Part shown: positions 13,901 to 26,668 of the stretch, one piece after another
Layout of the letters: every line of letters begins with the position of its first letter
Position numbering within the stretch: the first letter of the stretch is position 1
Source of the DNA: Octopus bimaculoides
Lineage: Eukaryota
Assembly (NCBI RefSeq): GCF_001194135.2
Contig: NC_068998.1
Span: 39,235,609 to 39,299,608 of the forward strand
Direction: 5' to 3'
Length of the DNA stretch: 64,000 nt
Notes under the pieces: generated by a model
Seen by the model: the letters and a program-made list of their open reading frames with translations, nothing else
The model's database searches: none
What the model was told of the DNA's origin: nothing
Program-made: the position numbers and the translations under genes

Positions 13901-16900
13901 TCAAACACTTCAGTGTCATTGCCAGATGTAGTCACGATTTATATATTTGGCACTGATAAACAAGTAAACATCATCGGCTATGTTGATGATCTGGTGACAA
14001 GCATTTGTCAGTGTTAGAAATTTTGGGAACTACTTTTGTTTATCTTTCCAAACAAAAGGGTTATTTTATGAAGCCAGCTATGTCACAAGAGCAGAAAATA
14101 CAAGGGAAGATGGAATAAAAGGATAGAGGCAGTTGGGAGCAGAATAACAACGATGTAAGGAAGCAGTGGAGGTAGAAGGGTAAAGAGCTGGAAGAAGCTA
14201 TTGTAAACCTAATAGGTCAGTAGTTTTACAGCTTTTGTTCAAATTATACACATTGTCTCTTAATTTCCTGTATGACTTAGTCCTCTCTGTAAGGTGGCTG
14301 GTGTTAGGAAGGACATCCAGCCAAAACAGGTGCAGTCTTCTACCTAGCCAGCCTGTCAAACCAACCCATGCCAGCATGGAAAACGGATGTTAAATGATGA
14401 TAGTACCACATAAGACTGCATTAGTCATCCAGTCCTGAAGCATGCAACATGACATAAATTGTACTAACCTTGTTGACATTCATTTAGAAGGAAGTGAGGA
14501 AGTCCTTACTTCTTAAGTGAAGTAGGTTGGTTATTTGACTTTCCATGGCTGATAAGTTTGTCAAAAGATGATCATCTCTAACTTCTGGATAATATCAAAA
14601 ATCAAACTTTTCTTCTGGTCACAAGCATGACATATTGAACTTAGCACTGCAACCTAATATAAGTGCAACTCAAAGAGGGAGCCTCTATGCAGTTGCTTGA
14701 CCTGCTAGAAATAGCAGCCAACCAAATCTCTCTAAAATCACAATCCACTGTTGTAGAAAAGGACACGTGGGAAATACAGTCTGAGATACATTATGGCTGA
14801 ATAAAGATGTGATGATCATGACCGGAATGCTCAATCATAGGTCTACTCCTCATTCTGACCTTGGATAAACAATTTGTGCCGGTGACAGCATTTGAGCCAG
14901 TGAGATCTTGGCTGACTTTCCTGTATCACAATGATTCAGCTATACGAAGTTCTTGTATATAACAAAGTATGAAACATGTTTGGAAAGGTTGAAATCTTTT
15001 TGTTGCGACAGTCATACATAAAAGCAGCAAGCTGGCAGAATTGTTGCTCTGATGGGCAAAATGCTCATTGGCATTTTGTCCATTTTTACATTGAGTCCAA
15101 CTTGACCTTTCGTCTTTTTAGGGTCAATAAAATAAGTACTAGTTGACCACTGCGGCTGATTTAATCAATTTACCAGGTGCCTCGAAATTGCTGGCCTTGT
15201 GCCAACATTTAAAACCAATATCTTGGAGTAGAATGTCCTATTATACATCAATTTCATAAACTTCAGGTTTTTTGACACTGTACCCCAGAAAGACATTCTT
15301 TTACTTGTTTCAGCCATCTGACTGTGGCTATGCTGGAGCATAGCAAATGGAACCGAGTAAAATTATGATTATTGATAAACCAGTGTAGTATCGAAACAAC
15401 TGCCATAGGAGGATACTTAAGAAAAGAATGACTATCAGAGTTCGTAAGAGAGACCACCTGTTAATACGAAGCGAGCGGCATTTGATAGTGATCGGCAGAA
15501 TAAACAAAGATCAAACAAGTCAGTTTTAATGATAAGAATTATTATTAGTAAAAAGCTTTCTACAAAAAGTTTAAAGTTTATGACTTTCATTCATTTATTT
15601 TTGTCAATGTTATCATTAGCTAAAACATTATAAGGTATTAAAAACTGTAATTTCATCTCAGCCACCAAATTGAAGGTAAAATAATGTTTTTGTTCAGGCA
15701 AAAAAATAATTAAAAAAGCAGAAGTAACACACGGAAGACAAAATATAACCTAAATATGCATACACTACATTCCGACAAAGACGAATAATTCTTTAATAAT
15801 TTTAATGTCGGCAATAAGACATGTCAGAGAATATGAAGTGATCCACAAAACAGCACCATATGCATTTGGTTCCAGGTCAATCCAAACGTCCAGTACTATC
15901 TAGTCATTATTTTAGGACTATATCATCCTTTTTTTTTACGATGGTAGGGCGTGGATATTTGGCTGCTATTTCTACCAGGTCGATCAGCCACGTGTACTGT
16001 ACAATTGTGTAATATACATTTCTATGTACAGAGCATCGAACATTGCCAATCAAAAAGTAAACAGTTTATAATTACGCTTCAAAAGCAGTTTATATAATTT
16101 AAGAACAGTATTTTCCTCTTGGATCAAAGTTACGATGTTAAGTGGGAGAAATATTGTAGCATATATCAAATGAAAATTTTTAAAAATCGAAGAAACGAAC
16201 GTTAGCTGAGGAAGTCTTAATTAAATTGCAAAATGAACAATGAATGAAGACACAAGATAACAGCACACATTTCGTGGCAAAAGTAAAGAATACGTACACC
16301 CGGTGTCTAGGGTCAGGATTGTTACGCCGAAAACGGGTGGTGTACGTATTCTTTACCTCCGCCCATTTCGTTCTTTAACAAAGGCTAGTAAGTTGCCTTC
16401 AACAAAGGAAACAGTTTTATGAAAACGGTATGAAACGAGGAGGGCGATGGAAAATGGAGAAAATAGAGTTAAAGCCAAACATAATGAGGTGGAGGAGGGG
16501 AATTAAATTGGTTACGCATTTTAGAGACCCCCCCCCCCCCCTGGTATTAATGACTCCATCTAAAACTACCAATCATAAACTGATAGCATAACGACTTGTC
16601 TCAGACAGGCAATATAAAAGACTGGCTGTCCAACGTGGTCGCTAACAAGTAGCCAAATCTCCCTCTAATCACACCTACTTATTGTTTTAATTGAAGAATA
16701 AACATATTGTCTCTTATACACACAAAAAAGCAAAAAGAAAAAGGACTGTTCGATCACGATTGTCCAGGGGCTAAAAAAAAGAAAAGAACAAACAAAACTA
16801 ACAGAATTGAGATTTCTGACTGAACAGGAGACACCGACAATTGTTTCACCATCAGCTTATATTTTGATGTTCTAGTCTACTGGATTCACACGAAACGAAC

Positions 16901-18246
16901 TTCCTTCTTATCAAATCGCAAAAGAAAATATAAACAATCCGGCTTAAACTACTAAAGCGGATAAAATTACTCACACACACACACACACGTTGGTGTATGC
17001 GTTGAAGATGAACTTTACAGTTTTATAAACGTAAAACACAAACAACAAAATGTTTCAAAAACAATAGGTACTTTTTTTTATTTAGATATTCTTTTAATAG
17101 CTTAATCATCAAAACAAGAAATATATCTTCCTCGTTATATTTTCAGAGTTCACACACAGATAAGTAACTCTCAAAATATCACAAGGACACGATTTCTATT
17201 GTTGTGATTAAGCTATCAAAGAAATGTCTGATACACACACATGGGTCTGTCGATCTTCTAGAAATAAATCACATTTCATTCAAATCACATCGTAATTACC
17301 TTTAAAAATGAAGGCTACATTATATAATTCAGTTCTGGTAAGCAACACGGTTTGGCAATACGACGTGACGGTCATAGCTGGAAGTATTTATCGAAGAGTG
17401 TGTGTGTGGGTACAATTTTTCTTTTTTACCTTGAATTATAATTCCGTAATTTCACCTTTACGACATTATGTCACAGCATGAAATAAAATTCAAAAATTTA
17501 CGACCCCACCCGCAACAAAAACAGTTATTGCAGTCAGATAAATGGAGGTGGAAATATACAAAGACCAGCTTCTGGATGATACGAAATAAAAAGGTTGAAT
17601 GGCGCTAAAATTTAAGCATAAAGAGATCTAACATTATAATTAAAATATTCGTAGTTGTATATACCATCTTAGTTAATCTAAAGATACAAGCTTAATCTTT
17701 CGACCCCCATCAAGCTTAGAACCAATAAATACTTCAACACATGCGTGAATTTTGAAGAATTCTAAAGTTTTTGTTTTACACATGTAAATAAAAAGAGGGG
17801 CAGATTAAATGCTGAAACTAGGGAAATCATTTTCACGGGTTCGTCATTCTAAACCCGCTTGATCGGGTTTTCACCCATTGGAAGACCGTTCATATTTTAT
17901 ATATATATATATATGTATATCACATCGCTTCGATTCGATTCGATTCAACTGGTTATTTCGGGAACCTTGCAAGAAATCGACTTAGTTATCGACTCCAAAA
18001 GGAATTATTTTGAAATTAATTTTAAACAAAGAAAAATAGTACGGCGCAGAGTTAAATGTTTTAACATTTACAATTTCGATCCTCGTGGTTCTGAGTTCAA
18101 ATCCAATTCGAGACAGTTAATATTATCATCGATTCTCTACAGATTAAAAATAAAAAAAACTGGCCTTGAGATTTTACAATAGAATTCGCTACTTCCCGTA
18201 TAATTACAAAGATAGAAGGTTAAAAAAAGAAAAAAGAGAATCTTAC

Positions 18247-18368
18247 TTATCGCGTAAAAACGTCTGCAGTTCTTTGATATTGTTAGTATTTTTCAAAACT
18301 TTTAGTTGCGGTCCGTATTCTTCATCTTTTACAATACAGGGGGCAGTTTGAATAAGGTCTGGCTCCAT
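18247..18368 (-). CDS. UPRT: Uracil phosphoribosyltransferase homolog, coding exon 1
   Basis: ATG at 18368 (ctactATGG) reads MEPDLIQTAPCIVKDEEYGPQLKVLKNTNNIKELQTFLRD+AA, then donor GTAAG (phase 2). Matches the animal UPRT motif G(A/P)QLKLL..NDQIRELQTIIRDK. Lies in a CpG-rich region. Confidence 0.92.
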
Positions 18369-18411
18369 AGTAGCACCCTTGCCATAAAGACGCTGACGCT
18401 GTCTTGACAAA

Positions 18412-18429
18412 TTTCCCGTCGACGGGAAA
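18412..18429. promoter_or_regulatory. Perfect 18-bp palindrome upstream of UPRT start
   Basis: TTTCCCGTCGACGGGAAA is its own reverse complement, 44-61 nt upstream of the UPRT ATG. Function unproven. Confidence 0.4.
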
Positions 18430-21400
18430 GGGAAGACAGTGACGGAGATTGTACTCTAGTGGCAAGACGGGGGTGCGCGCGATATGTGAATAGACTACTG
18501 CTGCTGGTGCTTATGATGATGATACCTATCACTCTCTTACTCCCTCTTACACTGTTTCATTCATACATTCTCTCAGCGTCGCCCCCGCCATCTCACTCCA
18601 CTTAGTCTCGTCTACGTACTCAGTTACTTTCCATGTAATTTAAATAGCCACGTATCCTAAACAACCGGTTTTGCGTACAACGAATTATTCTGTACGTGCA
18701 CGAAAGTGAATATAGCACATGTATTTTAAATGGTTATCACGAGTTTTCCTCAATTTAATTGTTATATAACATCTGTAACAAAAAATACATTATATACATA
18801 AATATACGATATATACGCACGTACAAAAGTCAAATAAAAACACTCTTTTCCATAAACCCATCCTTAATTACTTTTAAAAAAGCAAAACAAAAAAAAACGA
18901 AAGCTGGAAGAACCCTGGATATTCACAAATTCTCGATATATCATCTTCACTTTTAATCGATCATTTAAAACATTGTTATTTCACACACAATAAAAAAGTT
19001 TCCGAGTAGAGAGAAACGGCTGTTGTGAGGTTCTGTTAATTATTAAATACACACTGGTGACACCGGCTATCCTTTCAAACCTTGTGAGACTGGTTAATTT
19101 AAACCATTACCGTTCCTCGTGTAAAGTGGTTGTATATTGTTGTTAAATAACTTCCACGAGTATCAATCCTAATCGACCAGATTTACGACCAAAGGTATTC
19201 CAGCCAAAGCCATTCTATCTAATTTTAATACGAAGTATATCTAGGACATCATCCACTGTGTCTATTTTAATATTTTTTTTAATGATGAAATGTGACTTGT
19301 TTGCTTTACACAGCAATATGTGAATGGTCAAATAATAGTGTCGTAGTCGCATTTCTAACACTGAGAGCGATACCCTTTTATTTCTCGGTGACTTTTATAT
19401 CTTATGCCGATATATATGAGTGCTCAAAAACGAATTCTATTTTAAAGTTATAAAAAGAAAAAATTTAGTGGAGATTTTCAGCAACAAAGAAGAAGGGAGA
19501 TAATTCTTTAAGACATTAAAAAACAATTTCTCCAGTTAATTTCCTTTCAGAGAGAATTCTGTACGTTTTTTTAATTTAATTTTTTATTTGCAAGCCAGTG
19601 ACAACTATAGACATGTTTTGGTAGTGTAAGCTTACAGATCTGTAGATAGATTTTTACTTAAAGAAGTTGTTACAAATTGAGAATAAATAGTTGAAGATAA
19701 AGAAACCTCCCCCTTTCCTTCCAAGAAGAATATGCGAATATCATCCAGGAAACTCTGCATAATACATTCCATTGAGGAAATGGAAAGTGTTAACAAGCAT
19801 ATGTGGTGGAAAACCTTATTTTATGAAAATTACTGGGGGCATCCAACTGTAAATTGTCAAAGGTTATTAAGTGTAATCTTGCTATTATATATTAACTGCA
19901 TTTGAAGTACTACATGATTAGGTAAATGGAACTGGAGTACTGCTGTTTTCAAAGGATTTCATGGTACTGGAAACAAAACAGTGGGTAGATTTAAAACCTG
20001 AAAGTTCACCCACCTCAAATCAAAGATCTGGAACATTTCAAAACTAACCTATTAAAAAATATCATCTCCTACAATTCCTTTCAAAACACTTTGGATAATG
20101 TTAGAAAATCCTTGAAGTAATCCCTGTGTTAATACATTTACAGAAAAAAAGCCAAGGTCCTGACAATATCACACAAAAAAAAACACCCTGAAAAACCCAG
20201 TCTTTCTGTATACAGTCCAATAAACACAAGATGAATTAATCTTCATGCATCTCACCACACTTTTGCACTAGTTTTAGGGACTACATGCACACACTATTCC
20301 CCAAATACCAAATGTAGATTAATTCACCCCTCCAACTGCAAACTACCAATGGTTATCAAGTGTAATCTTGCTATTATCTATTAACTCCATTAGTACTTCA
20401 TGATTAGGTCAATGGAACTGAAGCACTGCTGTTATCAAAGGATTTCATAGCATTGAAAACAAGGCAGTGTGTTGGTTTACCTAGTTAAACAATCTATATC
20501 CACCCTATAACTTGGATGTTATTCTGAACATGGCCAGGAATTTCCTAACCATAGTAAGATGACACTTCTTAACACATGAATATTATAAGTTTTTTCAGTG
20601 CAAACAATGTTTAAGTTTAGGGATTCTTGTTTTGACAATATCACTTCCCAGATCCTTTTACAATCATAAACATATATCCATACATCCAACAACCAACTTG
20701 TAACAGTTGAAATTCATCTAATTATTCACTCAATATTTCCAGAGGAACTGTATACTGAATGTCCATAACTCTCATCATCGTTTTAGTGTCCACTTTTCCC
20801 TACTTGCATGGGTCACTGTATGGTGAAGAAAATAATTATATGGAGCTTGCCGAGAACACTTAGTCATTACCATCAGCACATTTATTCTTCCATTATTTAG
20901 ATCAACATACTTAGGAATTCTGTTTCTCTGTCCCAATAAATTTACAAATGCTGAGATCAAAGACTTAAATGTTCTTCCAAAGCATAGAACATTGTTGATA
21001 GAGTTAATTTTCATCTCAATGGTTCTCAAAATAGTGGCTTTAACTACATGCAAAGTTCCAGATATTGAAGTAAAATCATTTTGACGTTTATTTTTCCATA
21101 TTGGATTGAATAATTTGTTGGGCCAGATTTTCTACTGCCAGATGCCCTTCCTGTTTCAAAGTAAGGTAATAATTCCCCATGACCAGACATGCCTTGGACA
21201 ATGGAAAGCGAAAGACACCACTTGCATGACTGACTCTCACAAATACTAAAAAATGTCAAGACAAGTAAACAATAACACAATTTCTTTTATTGGCGACGCA
21301 GGGCCCAACACGGGGGACATTACAAGGATAGATAAGCGAACATACACAGTGTGATTACAATGAAAATGACAAGGTAGACAATAACATGCACACATTCATA

Positions 21401-21826
21401 TATGACAGGCTTCTTTCCATTTTCATCCACCAAAATCCATTCACAAGACTTTGGTTGGCATGGAACTATAGTAAAAGACACTTACCCAAGGTGCCACACT
21501 GTGGGACTGAATCCAAAACCGTGTGGTAGGGAAGCAAACTTGCCGTGTAACCATATGATGTCACAAGATAATTTTGTGAAGAGAAAAACTGATTTAAAGG
21601 AACCCCAGTACATGACTGGTATTTGTCCTGTCACACCCGACAGGCAGGATTTGAACTTATAACTATCTTGTTTGCCCTTCTACTATTCACCAAGGTAATT
21701 AATTACATGAAAATAATGTGAAACAACTGACTAAAAAACTGAAGTTGTAGTTTATTTATTCTAAGAAAGGTATTGGATTGCCAGGAATGGTTCTGAGACC
21801 CCCTTCAGTCATGGCTGATCATGGGA

Positions 21827-22127
21827 TTGCACCTAGAAAGTTACCCTTCCAGGCACAATTGCGGCAAGGTTGTTTATGGAAGACCAGCAGTCGCCCATGC
21901 ATACCGACCTCCCCTCTTCATGCCACCAGTGTTATCCAAGGGAAAGGCAAAGGCCGATACAGCTTGACACCTACGACGTTGCAACTCATTTCTACAGCTG
22001 AGTGAACTGGAGCAACGTGAAATAAAGTGTCTTGCTCAAGAACACAACACACAGCCCAGTCCGGGATTCGAACTCACAACCTCACGATTGTAAGCTCGAC
22101 GCTCTAACCACTGAACCATGTGCATTC
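21827..22127 (-). mobile_element. tRNA-derived SINE family D
   Basis: Head rc GCACATGGTTCAGTGGTTAGAGCGTCGAG...GAGTTCGAATCCCGG, core GTGTTCTTGAGCAAGACACTTTATTTCACGTTGCTCCAGTTCACTCAGCTG. Near-identical copy at 41484-41790(-), degraded copies at ~22260-22515(-) and ~33127-33445(+). Confidence 0.85.
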
Positions 22128-25100
22128 AGGAATGGTTAGAGTCACTAAATAATTACTTTGAAGTAGTTTAGGCATATCCACCTGCTTGAGTGTTGTATTT
22201 TATCAAGATTGACTCTTTTATACCTTTGTAGATCGTAAAAGAAAAATATATGTTATATACTAAAGGTAAAAGGCAAAGTTATCTTCTTAAGTCATACTGA
22301 CTCATAAGAGCCATTTTCATGGCACATATATCCCCCACCTGGATAGGGCACTGGTCTGTCGCAGGATTACTCATTTTTACAAGCTGAGTGGATTGGAGCA
22401 ATGTGAAATGTAGTGTTTTGCTCAAGAACACAATGCGTTGCCCGGTCCAGAAATTGAAACCACAATCTTACAAACATGAGTTGAACACCTTAAACACTAA
22501 GCCACACGCCTCCACATAAATTACATACTAGGTCCAATACAATTGCTAAACCAAAGATTCTTAAATGGTAACAAGGAGTATCTAAGTGTTCTGTAGATTA
22601 TTAAAAACTGATTTTTTAAGGCTTTAGAAAGTCAATATTAATACTTAATTATCTTGAAAAATGGTTTATTCATACATGAGCATGATTGATAAAACAAAGC
22701 AATAGTTTTTTCTTTCTTTTTTTTTTGTTTCAGTCATTTGACTGCACCCATGCTGGGGCACCACCTCGATGGGCTTTAGTTGAACAAAACCCCAGGACTA
22801 AATTTTGTAAGCCTATTACGTATTTTATTAGTCTCTTTTGCCAAACCACTATGTTACAGGGATATAAATACACCAACATAGGTTGTCAAACAGTGGCAGA
22901 GGTACAAACACACACACACACACATATACATGACAGGCTTCTTTCAGTTTCTGTCTACCAAATCCACTCACAAGGCTTTGGTTGGCCCGAGGCTATAGTA
23001 GAAATGAGACTGAACCTGGAACCATGTAATTGGGAAGCAAGCTTCTTACTACACAGCCGTGCCTCTTTTTTTTTTTTTTTTCCATGTAATGTATGCCAAA
23101 AATTCTTTCATTGATCTCCAGTGTACATTGAATTTAAAGTGACTTGAAACCATTTGATTTGACCCTTTTGTGGCAAATTTGTGGCTTGGTACCATTATTT
23201 ACTCTGAAAAGAAGTGACAGTGTCTATAACCTTGACTTGGCATTGAGGATAACTGGATGAAGCAACAATAGTTAACTTCTCAATTTACACTGTAGCAAGT
23301 TAAGGATTAAAAGAAGATAAGGAAGAATATGGATAGGGATAGGAATTGTAGAAAAATAATGTTCAGCAGAAGTAAGATAGGGTGAGTGAGACAACAGAAA
23401 TGGATTCTGCTACTGTAATAGTGTGTCTTTGTCAAAATTACAAATTTCATAATGTCTCACTAACTTGTACACTTTTACTTTTTCCAATAAGGTTTTTATT
23501 TCCCTGATCAAACTGAAGGAATTTTTCCATCACTGAAACTTGTAAGAATAAATAAGGATTCTTATGTGATTCTATATCCACATTTTACAGGTTACTGTAA
23601 ATGTGGGGGTTTGGAAATGGAGTGTAGTAAAAATGAAACAAAACCAAAATACTTCCTTCTGATAAGCAGATAAAAAATTATCTGTCCTGGATAGGAAATA
23701 TACTTCCCAGATAATGTAATACCTATTCTGCTACATTTAAGAACTCTGAGGTATACAGAAAGAAATGTCTGGCTAAAAGACACAACAATATGCCCACCAG
23801 TAGATTTGAACTTAAGATCTCTGAGCTGGTAGTCCAATATTATATCCATTTCACTTCTCATGTGAATTATGGGTGAAAGTATTGCTAGAATATCCAGTGA
23901 TCCGCTTAAATTATAGTATGCACAACTGCAATCTCTCAGCACTTAGTAATGTTCCACAAATTGATCATACTTGGTTCCCATTCGGTTTTGGCATTTGAGA
24001 TGTTGAGTGACCTATTTGAAGAATTAGTTTCTTAGTGTCTGTTTTCCATGCTGGCATGGGTTAGACGGTTTGATTGGAGATGGTAAGCTGGAGAGCTGTA
24101 CTTTGGCTTGGTTTCTATGGCTGGATGCCCTTCGTAATACCAACCACTACTGAGTGTACTGGGTGCCTTTTATATGTCATTAGTATGGGTGCCATTCACA
24201 TGTCACCAACACTAGGCCACAACCATGATTTCATTTAGCTTGGCATGTAAGCCCAGGATAAATTCCTTTACCCCGTGTTATTGGTGTTAAGTAATTCCAG
24301 TTATTTCTATTGTAGAAGAGGTAACTTGGAATATATGTTCCCGTGATCCAGAGAGATCCATTACCATAATAGTTTTTTTTTCGGGGGGGGGGGGGTATTC
24401 TGTGGTCCTGACTAAAAACAAAACAAAGCAAAAACAATTGTCTTTGTAGTTTTTCCTCTGTTAAGGGCGAACGTTCTCCAAGATATAATTACAATGGTGA
24501 GGCCTATCATCGCCCAGTTTTCATTATTTAATCTTGGGTCAATGCTGATCCAACAAACCTATGATTGGAGTTATTCCAGTCATAACTATTCAACATACCT
24601 ACAAAAGTGTGCTGCCACCACAACTTTGTTTCTTCATAACTTTCAGAAAAATAGATCTTATTTTTTTAATTAAATTTTCTACATATATTTTTCAAGTGGT
24701 GTAGATTACAATTATATGTAAAAAGAATATAAAATTTTTTTTAAAATCAAAACAGAAAAGTAAATTGTGGGTACGAACATACACATACTGACACGCAATC
24801 ACATAATTTCTTTTCCTAAATTTCAAGATATAGGCGCAGGCGTAGTTGTGTGTTAATATTGTGGGTTAATATCTAGATCCACCTCTTTCATATACGGTGC
24901 ACTTCAATTTTTCCACCAGGTGTGGATCTAGATATTAACCAGATTGTGTGCGCGCCCACCATTCTTTTTTTACATTATATTCCGATATAATCTTAATCAC
25001 TTTCTTTTTTAAATTATGAAGAAAATTTTAAAAAATTTTCCGAAACGGGCCTCTGAAAACTTTTTCACAAGAAATTCCGATACAGTGTGTAAGGTATTTG

Positions 25101-26512
25101 TACCAAATTTCATGAAAGAAAATAACCATTTTTCTGAAAGTTATGTGGAAACAAAATTGGTATGGAAGGCACATTTATATAGTTATGCCTTTACTAGTTG
25201 GTAGAGTGCGACTTTGAATAAATATCAATTTTTTTTCTTTCTAAAATGACTCGCAATCAGTTGGTCGTACCCTAACCATAAGGAAGAATGCTGTTTGTTG
25301 TGATTACAATGAGAAAGGGCTGAGTGGAGAAGATAGTGAACGGTTACACTGAAGGATAGCGTCCACTGTCCTCAAGCCCTATTGATTTACTTTAATTCGC
25401 TTCCTGGTTGTGAGGTTTTTGACCGTAAGCTATGCTGATCATAGACTGGTCTGATACTATAAACAACAATATACGACAAGGTGCTGGATTTTCTTTATGA
25501 TTTTATCGCAAAACTTTCCTGAAAAAGAAAAAGAAAGAAAAAGCGGACGATCCTTTTGCTAAGGTTCAATGAAGAGCGACTGCGCTGTGGTTCTTTTGGT
25601 TCGAGCTCTCTTTTGTTAACAAGTTGGGTCCTATAAGACTCAAAGGGGTTAGTAAAAGGATATTGTTAACCCTGGTAAATTTACGCAATCAGTATGTATT
25701 GTCCTTCCACAAACAAGAATGTTGTCTCATGTCCTTTCGCAAGCATCTGAGCAACAAAATAGACTTAATCAAGTTTTCTCGAATAGTTAAGCAATATTAA
25801 TAAAATAAAATTCGGATATAGAGATTGGGTTAGGGAACAAAAAAAAAAAAAGACAAAAAACTCACGATGGAGATGTTTTTAAACAAATAAAATATTACAA
25901 TATGCTTATGTTGAATTGGCCAGGGTCGGATGGAATAATCCAACTGTTAATTCATACTGGCTATTGATCAGGTGTTGCTTCGTAATGACAATAACCCTCT
26001 CCTCAGTCGATAGATTGTGTGGTGTGATTTCTTTAAAAGTGCCTCGCCTTGTCAGCAGTGTTGTAATGTGAAATAAACATTTATCCAAACATTTCTGAAA
26101 TCATTTACTCCTGTATTTAATCATTCACCTAAATGAGCTTTATCCTTTCTTAGAAAGATTAATTAAAATGCAAAAAAGTCAACTTATTTCGTAACTGAGC
26201 CGCCAACAAAAACACCAACTCGTAATAGTTTCACTTTGAAATTTATCTTCAAGGAAGTGCATTACGTCATTGAAAATAAACTTTAACACAAATCTTTAAA
26301 ATTTTCGTAATTTTTTAAACTATAATATTATATCTTTTTAGCTATTTATATATATATATATATATATGTTTAAGCAATTGTATCCGGATAAATTTCTTTA
26401 TTTTTATAAAACTACAATAGCATTTTGAGAGCAATGTTTTTTATGACTATAAGCGACCCTCGTTAGTGTGTGAGAAGTGAAGGGAGGTAACAAACGGTGT
26501 CGCACCACAGAG

Positions 26513-26668
26513 ATGGCCACTGCATTATTTCGCACAGCACACATCGACTGGAGTATTTCTTCTGAACTTATTTATTCTCTAAATCAATCGAAATCAGCTT
26601 TCCAAACTACCAGATTATTGCGATCTTGTCGACACAAACCATACCAGACAATATGGTTCAAACCTATG
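26513..26668 (+). CDS. ABCB7: ABCB7 exon 1 (mitochondrial presequence-like)
   Basis: gagATGG start; MATALFRTAHIDWSISSELIYSLNQSKSAFQTTRLLRSCRHKPYQTIWFKPM|GTGAGA, phase 0. Arg/Ser/Thr-rich with few acidic residues, in CpG-rich sequence, in frame with exon 2. Assigned by position and composition, not sequence conservation. Confidence 0.75.

Noticed and set aside
23592-23942. 116-aa minus-strand ORF in the intergenic block
   Set aside because: No recognisable domain or splice support, and it overlaps a degraded SINE head.
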